From Octopus sinensis (taxonomy: Eukaryota), in assembly GCF_006345805.1 (NCBI RefSeq), contig NC_043013.1, forward strand, positions 13,392,001 through 13,456,000: 64,000 nt of DNA, given 5' to 3'. Made by a program: the position numbers and the translations under genes. Below, piece after piece: positions 55,990 to 64,000 of the stretch. The notes under the pieces are model-generated. The model searched no databases. It had not been told where the DNA came from and saw only the letters and a program-made list of their open reading frames with translations. Numbering within the stretch: position 1 is the first letter of the stretch; each line of letters starts with the position of its first letter.

Positions 55990-57130
55990 GAACTAAACAT
56001 CACGCAGTCGATAAATATAGACCAGCGAAAACGTCTCCCCTGGCTACAGGAAAATAAAAATCTCTATGAAAGGAAGTGGATTTTCACTTGAAAAATGAAA
56101 TTGCGAGTGGAGAGGGAAGTTCTGTCCTTGACTGAGTGTATTGAAAGGTGGGTGAAAGTTGCAAAAATGGCAAGAGTGGATTGTACCTCTCTCAGTGTAG
56201 ACCTGTAAGTCGGAGTGGGCACTTCCTCTTGGTGTTCGGGGAAATTTCGGACAGTGCGGTTCCTCGATTATGCCTATAAGTTCTCCTGTAACAGGAGGGC
56301 ACCCACAAGCATTTAAGAAACAAAATGAAAAAAGAGTACACAACTGGAAAATGAAACCGTTGCATGGGCAATACCTCAGAGAAATCGAAGGAAAAGACAA
56401 GATCAATACTTACAGATGGTTAAGAGAAAGTGATCTGAAAGGATGCAGTGAGGCATTTATATGTAGCACCTAGGAACAAGCTCTGAGAACTAATTACGCC
56501 AAATTCCGAACCGCCTCTTTTTAGGATGTGTGCAAGCGAAAACGAAACAATCTCACATATTGTGAGTGAGTGTAGCAAGCTGTCTCAAAAGCACTACAAA
56601 AGGAGGCACGATAATGTGGCTAAGTTTGTCTCCTGGACGCTATGTGAAAAGTGCGACCTGAACTGAATACGGAAATGATACGAACATGAACCAGAAGTAG
56701 TCACTGAGAACAAGGAACATAAGATACTGTGAGATTTTACGATCCAATGTGATTCCTTGATCATGGCTCGGAGACCAGATATTGTTGTGGTAGATAAAGG
56801 GAAAAAGGAAACCAAGATTATAGATATTGCAATACCCAGAGATGCACGCATAAGTGACAAAGAAACTAGAAAAGATTGAAAAGTACAGACTTCTAAAAGA
56901 CGAAATTGCGAGAATATAGACTACGAGGAGAGTGTCTGTCATTCCAGTAGTTTTAAGGGCACTCCGAGCACTAACAACCAAGTTCGAGAAATATGTCAAA
57001 GAAATCGGAATTGACATGAGAGCAGAGCAAGGCCAAAAAACTGATCTACTGGGGACAGGTAGGATTTTGAGATTGGTACTTGTATATTGAAAGTTTCCTA
57101 CAATAATTAACAACCAAGTATCATATAATG
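55990..57130 (+). mobile_element. R4/Dong-type LINE 3' fragment
   Basis: WKMKPLHGQYLRE...CASENETISHIVSECSKL..KHYKRRHDNVA...RRPDIVVVDK..KIIDIAIP...EKYRLLKDEIARI. Confidence 0.88.
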
Positions 57131-57279
57131 TGCAGAAAGAGATTTTGTGAGATCTTGACTGCAGGCTGCTGTCTTCTCTCATAGAATCTACCAGAACAAA
57201 CGAGACTGAACGTTCTGAGAAGTAAAGCAATGATAATAATAATCTGAATAACAGAGAGTTCCGCACTCATACAGAGAAT

Positions 57280-58100
57280 TCCGCGTTGAATATCAGAAAT
57301 TGTCACCATTTTATTTTTTATTTTTTTGCTTTCGCTTATGTGCATTGTTCGTTTTTAATTTTGTCGACTACACACTATAGTAGGATCAGTTGGGCACAGT
57401 CTGTGAGTAAAGCAGCACCATGACGCAATTCACTATGCCAAACATTTGGAAATGACAAACTGTATTGCTTGGCATTCGCGCTGGAAGCTCCAATACGAAT
57501 ATTTCAGATTGTTTGGGTGTCAATCTGAGGACAGTGCAATTTGATATGTACCGAGTGTGATGAAAATCAAACATCCCCTCAACATCATAGTGTTTGGTGT
57601 AATCACTTGTGATGGCGACATTATGCCTCCATTCATCTTCCCACATGGCTCCAGACTCAGTACAGAGCCCTACATAAAGTGCTTGGAGGACGTAGTGCTG
57701 CCCTAGGTCAAGAGGGTGGCTGCTGCTGGAAGACCTCATGTCTGGCAACAGGACTCTGCACCATACCACACAAGCTGTAGAACCCAGTCATGGATATCAG
57801 ACAATTTCCGCAACCACATCACACTTAACATCTGGTTAACCTAACTCCCCAGACAGCAACCCGCTTCATTATTATGTGCGGGGCGCAGTTGAGTAAGAGA
57901 CCAATGAAACTCCCTGTGACACCAAAATTGAACTGAAAGCAAGGAGTATGGCAGTATTCACCAACGTAAACAAAACGACTGGCCTGAAGAATTGCAGTGA
58001 GTGGTTCATCTATATAATAAATTTACTCTTTAGCATTTCAAGATATTTTAATGAAAGTTTGTTAAAATATCTGTTAAAACGAGATGCGAGTGTTGCTTTC
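57280..58100 (+). mobile_element. maT/DD37D-like Tc1/mariner transposase relic
   Basis: VFGVITCDGDIMPPFIFPHG...WQQDSAPYHTS..TQSW...PNSPDSNPL. Same family as 19850-20790. Confidence 0.85.
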
Positions 58101-59710
58101 ATTTGTGCGCAATGTAGAGGCCCCCTATATATATATATATATATATATATACATACATACATACATACATACATACATACACAAATTTAGAATCCATACT
58201 GCAGCGTGACAGCGGCAGTACTTTGTTCACTAGGTTAACGATTTCAATTCTAGTCGTATGCACTATTCTCTAAAATAGAAAATGTATTAAGATTTGTAAC
58301 ACTGGTCTCAGTGTAGTCGTATCATTGCATAATGATACTATAGAATGTCTTTGATTTCATTACACTGTTAAGATTATTTAAATCTTTAAACCTTTCAATA
58401 ACTTTAAAATAGTTTTATGATATTGTCACTAGACAAAAGCGAAGAACGTTAAACCAGTGATTCCTCATGAACAAGTGCGTATAGCTTTTTCTACGAAGTT
58501 TTTACTTTCTGACGTAAGGACAAAAATAAAAGAAAGTAACTCCTAAAGATGAAGAGATAACAATTCTATAAGAAAGAATATTGTTTTCCCTAAGAGAACT
58601 TTACACAAATAAAGAAATAATTGCTTCAGTAAAACATAATGCAAAGAAATTATGTATTTTATGTATTTTCACAATCTTTAGTTTTAAAATAACCAGGGAA
58701 GATCCATGGATATGGCTGCTCATTTATATTGACTTTCTGCGGATCTTACACTACTCATTTGCTATAAGGTGATTTAATCCAAATCTCACACAACCTCAGG
58801 GTATCTTTTTCTCTATGTTGTGATAGTCACTATGTGATAGTCACGTTTTGTATTTTCGTTATTATTATATTTTTAGCTTGGGGAAAGGGAAAAAAGTGAA
58901 GTATTCAGGATATTTGCAGAATTTTTGAAACAACTGGTGGTGGAAACAGAGTAAAAACCTATAACCCATGTGTTGTCTTTAACCACTACTTCGATTCACG
59001 TAAATAATTCAACTGGATATCAGAGTCAGCAAAGCACGAAAGACTCCCAGAACCAGGCTTCTGGCAAGAGATCTCTGCTATATAACCACATCAAATCTTA
59101 ATCTCTGTCAAATAGTTACACTGCACAAAGGAAGAAACAATAAGTTTAATATAGAATGACTTGTTGAGTTATATCCATTGCAAACAAACTCTAACCAAAA
59201 CCAGAAACTGGATCAAAATGTCAAGCAAGAAATCAAGATGATTGATAATCTTTGAGAAGTGATGGAATATTGCCAAATTGATGTTTTTTTTTCTTGATAA
59301 GAAAAAAAAAAAAAAAAAAAACTGAGGCAATGTAGAACATAGTATTTTCCCCAGAAACAATGAAACAGAACTCATTCTCTATGATCAGGTAGTCAAATAT
59401 CTCATTCACTCGGCCATTTACTTTTTCGTTTCAAATAAAATAGAAAAAAATAACACACACACGAAAGTCAAGAACCCTTGAAAATATTACTTCTCTTATC
59501 ACAAAATTAGCAATGTATCATAAATGGAAATCATATAGATTTTTCTTTATGTCTTGATGTAATTTAATAATTAAATGTTACCATTTTATAATTAATATTG
59601 AACTTTCAAACAGCAACAGTAAAATGATATAAATCAATACTTAATGTTAATATGGAGAAAGGATTATATAAGAGGTTAAAAAAAGGAAAATAACTGAAAC
59701 AGAAATTTAC

Positions 59711-59874
59711 CTCCTTATTCACTAGGGATTTTTTCTCCAGTACACAGTTCCATGGTGCAATACCAAGAGTTGTCACTTCATTCATGGCAGCCACTTTATT
59801 TTCCTTATTATGCATAACTTCCCCAATATATTTCGCAACTCCAGTATGTAAGCCTTCAGTTATGATCCAAGCAT
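59711..59874 (-). CDS. TRPM: TRPM module A exon: (D)AWIITEGLHTGVAKYIGEVMHNKENKVAAMNEVTTLGIAPWNCVLEKKSLVNKE
   Basis: ttttgcag|AT...GAG|gtaaat; 164 nt, phase 1 to 0. Matches the TRPM consensus GAWIITGGxxTGVxKHVG...TIGIAPWG. Confidence 0.92.
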
Positions 59875-60689
59875 CTGCAAAACAAGAGATCAAGAATTAT
59901 ATTCAAATATTGATTTCCTATTCTAAAACTACTGTAGATTTTTGCACAAAATACCTTCTGGTATTTAGTTATATTCCTTCACATTCTGACTTCACACAAA
60001 ATGGTTGAATTTCCTTTGTCCATGTAAACTTGATGAAATAGGCACCAGTCATTAACTGGAGGTGATTTAAATATTGATACATTTCTCATTATAGAAACAA
60101 AGATATGATGAACTAAATGAAACTCAATTATTAATTTTTCAATGAATCCTTGACAAGACATATAAATCAAAAATACAACCCAAGTAGAATTTGAACTCAT
60201 AACGGAAAGAACCAAAACCTAAATACAACAATATACTTCATTCAGCCCTTTTCAGCTATAATCATCAGCACCCTGCATTTTTTATTCCATATTGCTAACT
60301 TGAAATGTGTTTTGTTAGAGAGCAAGAGTAAAGTCTTAGATGTGTGACTTGGTTTCACTTATTGGCTCAAGTCTAGTAATGCTCTGAAATAGTACATGAC
60401 TGTCACTCTTTCCATTTCACAATTCCTCGAGTAACCTTTACATGGTCACTGGACCTTCAGAAAATCGCAAATATATCTCCTCCCTCTCTCCCTACTGTCT
60501 TTGAAAAGGAGAGAACAGATTGAGGGAAATAGTCTGAAAAACCCTTTATAAGTTGGGATGGTCATTGCTGGAATGATTTTCAACATAGGTTTGTTCATTT
60601 AAGCTTTGTCAGTACACCCGCCTGTGTTAGTGAGGAGAGGTGGCCCTGAGGAGGAGGGACTCAGACAAGGAGGGTGTAGTCAATAAATT

Positions 60690-61217
60690 TAGATATTCAC
60701 AGAGAGATTGATGCAAGATACAGATAGTGTATCAGGAATTCTCAAACCTGTGTAGTTCTTGAGGGATCTATCTATAACAACTTTTGCCTTATACATCGTT
60801 CCACAGATGGAACGACTCATGAGAAAAGACCGAATCGGCAGCATGGAGTTCTTCTGCTGCACGACAACACCCGCCCTCATATCGCCAATATAACCAAGGA
60901 AGTCATTCAAACACATGGCTGGGAAGTACTGCCACACCCGCCGTACTCTCCTGATTTGGTACCAACAGATTTCCACGTCTTTTGGAGTTTCGTTCAATAG
61001 TGATGCAGAAATGAGAGCTTGGTTGGATCAATGTTTCGAGTCGAAATCGGGTGATTTCTACCAAGGAGGTATTGAAAATCTTGTTGAAAGTTGGTAAGAA
61101 GTTGCAAATAACAAGGGTGAATACATTATTGATTAATTAGTTGTAATTTTTTTTATTAAACCCTTTAAAAAATTTAAATTTTAAAAAATGGCGGGAACTT
61201 ACTTGCCAACCCAATAT
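60690..61217 (+). mobile_element. mariner (DD34D) transposase 3' relic with right TIR
   Basis: LLHDNTRPH...GWEVLPHPPYSPDLVPTDFH; FNSDAEMRAWLDQCFESK...GIENLVESW. Ends ...acttgccaacccaata followed by TA. Confidence 0.85.
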
Positions 61218-61249
61218 AAACAACAAAGTGATTGAAATGAAAACTGGCA

Positions 61250-61860
61250 AAGGATTCAAACAAAGAGACACTATATCACTTAAATTATTCACATTTGTAT
61301 TAGAAAAAGGTTTTTCAAAACTTATATTGGTCAGAAATTGAATATAAATGGTTGTATGCTAAATCATTTCAAATTCTCTGATGATATTGTATTCGTTTCC
61401 AGAAGCATTAAAGTAACAACAGAAATGCTGAGAAATCCTCAGAAGAAAGCAAAAAACGTGGACTCAGAATTAATATTAGTAAAACGAAGATGATCTCTAA
61501 CCATCTAATCACAGCTGAAGTGTAGTAATAGATGATGAAATGGTAAGACATGTGAATCAATAAACTTATGTTGGACAAATACTGATAAACATTTTTAAAT
61601 ATTGAACAATTGGGATGAGCGTCCTTTGGTAAATTGAATCACATCGTGAGTAGTAACGTGTCCATGTGTGTAAAAAAAGATCTTCAACTAGTGTGTGCTA
61701 CTGGGCTAACCACAAGAACATTGGAAATAAATTTATATCAACACAAAGACCCATGGAAAGGAGAATGCTGAAGGCTAACAATATGGATAAGTGAACAAAC
61801 AATAGGATAAGAGCTACAACAGGATTAACGGGTATCATCTGGAAAATAAAAACTCGGAAA
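61250..61860 (+). mobile_element. RTE-clade RT relic
   Basis: KG..Q.DTISLKLFT; LNHFKFSDDIV; GLRINISKTKM relics. Confidence 0.65.
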
Positions 61861-63330
61861 CGCCTGTTGTACTCTTTCGCTCCAACTTTCTTTCACTCTT
61901 TCTTCCTGTTTCTTGTCCCCGACTTCCTACGCAACCGCTGAGCCTGGATGCGCATTCACCCATCCATCGATGCTCTCGGTGTCGGGAGTTGACCTGCCTT
62001 TTCTTCTGCGGGTCTTACGAATAGCAAAGGACTATGTTTCGGACTTCTCCCACTACAGGACGAAGACCGCTTCGCTCAACAAACAAACAAAGAAACAGCA
62101 GCAGCACAAGCGGCAGAAACAACAATAATAGTAACTATATCAACAACAACATCAGCAGCATGAACAAGATTGATAATAACAACAGTAACATAAACAACTA
62201 CATTGAAAACAACAGCAATAACAAAAAGACCAATACATCTGCCAATGGCAACTGTGTAAAAAAACAACAGCAACAACAATAACATAAGGACTCACAACAA
62301 CGCTTTATCTTTTTGGGGAGCAGTAATCTAGTGGACCGTCCATTCGGTTGAAGATTTGAAAAATAAAGCACAGCAATACCAAAGTGACATTTCGCAACCA
62401 GTGAGGATTAAAAAGAAAACCTACCGAGCGACGAAGAATTGTCTGCCAATGTGTTTCTCGCAAAGAGAGGAAACTTAAATTTCCTACTCCAGCAGAGACC
62501 GAAAGACGCCTGCAAGAACTGTGCCCCCCCCCAATACTACACATATGCAACAGTATGCACTACGGGACGTTAACTGTTATATGTAGCACTGAGCAAGAAG
62601 CCAGAAAAATGGTTACTATAGCCTGCAGGTTCCAGGCTTTTGTGATGATTCCCGTTACATGAATAAATGGTTGACTTGTATTCGAGTCAAGAACCGATTC
62701 ACCGTGATCCGGCGAGAGATTTAGGAGGAGCATGGGGAGATGGTGAAGGTGAAGTCCACCTTACAACTCAATAGATATGGAAATCTGATGCAATTCCAGA
62801 TATTAGTTTCTTCATAGGAAATAAATCTTACTCATGATTTTTCTGTGCCGGGGAATGCGAACAGATGCCCGTTTATATAGAAGCGAAAGAAATGAAGTGT
62901 TCTAGGTGTGTGTATACGAACCACCTCAAAGCCTTTTGCCCCGTAGAGGAATAAGCACGAATATCTCCGCTGTTATTACCAACTCTTCAAGGTATGAACA
63001 AAGCTATTATCTCACATATGACTCCTTCGTCCTACTAAGTCCTCTTAAAAGCAAAGACTTCATTGACATCGCACCAAAAAGTCTTTGTCGCAGATAAGAG
63101 AAAAAAAACTGAATCTGAAGCAAACGGAGAACAGTCCAAATTGAAGGCTCTAAGGCATGACTGTAAACAACAAAATCCGTCACAACACTGATTAAAAAAC
63201 AAATCAACACCTTCATCACAAGGAAACCAATTTTTAAAACACGTTCACAACCGCAAAAAAAAACACGAAAACAAAAAACAAAACAACTGACAAATTGACC
63301 AACAGTCACACGCTCAGATACGTACGCCCT
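61860..63330 (+). mobile_element. 5' UTR + decayed ORF1 (gag-like zinc knuckle) of a LINE, probably Tx1/L1-like
   Basis: CX2CX4HX4C (KCSRCVYTNHLKAFCP) at 62898-62939. GC-richer 5' UTR-like segment 61900-62080. N/Q-rich ORF 62034-62282. Clade assignment is inference. Confidence 0.55.
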
Positions 63331-63747
63331 TCATCAACGTCACTGTTGTTCAGAAGAGCAACACTAAATTTATTGTTGAAGAAGTAATTGATGACATTAA
63401 ACAAGTAATTGAAGAAGTTATTGATTTTGTATTCGTGTTGTGCCATACTGTTTCACCCCCCTCACCACACATTCTACGCTTCTCACTGTCGATGGTGCTG
63501 TCTATTCTGCACTTCACATACTTGGTCCTTAACGCATGTTCTTGAGCTGCAAACATGAGTGCTTCTGTCTCTATTTTCAGGTCAATCCTCCTCATCCACA
63601 GCCACCGGTCCTCTGTATCTGTCTTGGCGTTCATATCTCTGGAAACTGACCGTACAGTTTTTCATTCCATGTTTTTTCTTATTCATTTCTTCTTTAAATT
63701 TTTCTTTCATTACACGATTTTCAGTTTTGATGACACCACCCTCCTTC

Positions 63748-63787
<40 letters not shown>

Positions 63788-63790
63788 GAC
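63330..63790 (-). mobile_element. R4/Dong LINE 3' fragment
   Basis: WMRRIDLKIETEALMFAAQEHALRTKYVKCRID...RMCGEGGETVWH. Confidence 0.8.
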
Positions 63791-63794
63791 ATCG

Positions 63795-63975
63795 AGCTGA
63801 CTGCATAGCGGCATTTGGTTCCTATTTATGTTCTGATTTCAAATTTTGCTGGGGTCGACTTTGCCTTTCATTGTTTCGGGGTGGATTAATTAAATACCAG
63901 TGAAACATTGGGCTTGATGTAACAGGCTAGTCCCTTCCCTCAAAATTTCAGGCCTTGTGCCTATTGTGGAAAGGA
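63795..63975 (+). mobile_element. tRNA-derived SINE
   Basis: ttcaaattttgctggggtcgactttgcctttcattgtttcggggtggattaattaaataccagt. Confidence 0.75.
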
Positions 63976-64000
63976 TTGTTATTACTTTTATTATTGCTAT

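Overview
AT-rich animal genomic DNA with long (TA)n tracts and many LINE/SINE relics; the repeat landscape suggests an octopod cephalopod (inference). About 97% of the window is intronic. The main feature, missed by the ORF track, is a chain of 12 short minus-strand GT-AG exons from 59874 down to 8151. They encode the N-terminal cytosolic region of a TRPM-family channel (MHR1/2 = SLOG/LSDAT domain, plus the start of MHR3), and this region occurs TWICE in tandem. Module A spans about 38.6-60 kb and is open to the right. Module B spans about 8-34 kb and is open to the left. Splice phases allow module A to read in frame, through a 32-nt linker exon, into module B: about 513 codons with no stop, with one donor site uncertain. 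Homologous exons of A and B share only about 45-65% amino-acid identity by eye, yet their length differences are all multiples of 3. The introns are also paralogous, which reveals empty/filled TE sites and a roughly 1.2-kb near-identical tract that looks like gene conversion. The introns contain RTE, CR1/L2, Tx1/L1, R4/Dong, Penelope, Helitron, mariner, maT and SINE relics. All alignments, identities and TE boundaries were estimated by eye.
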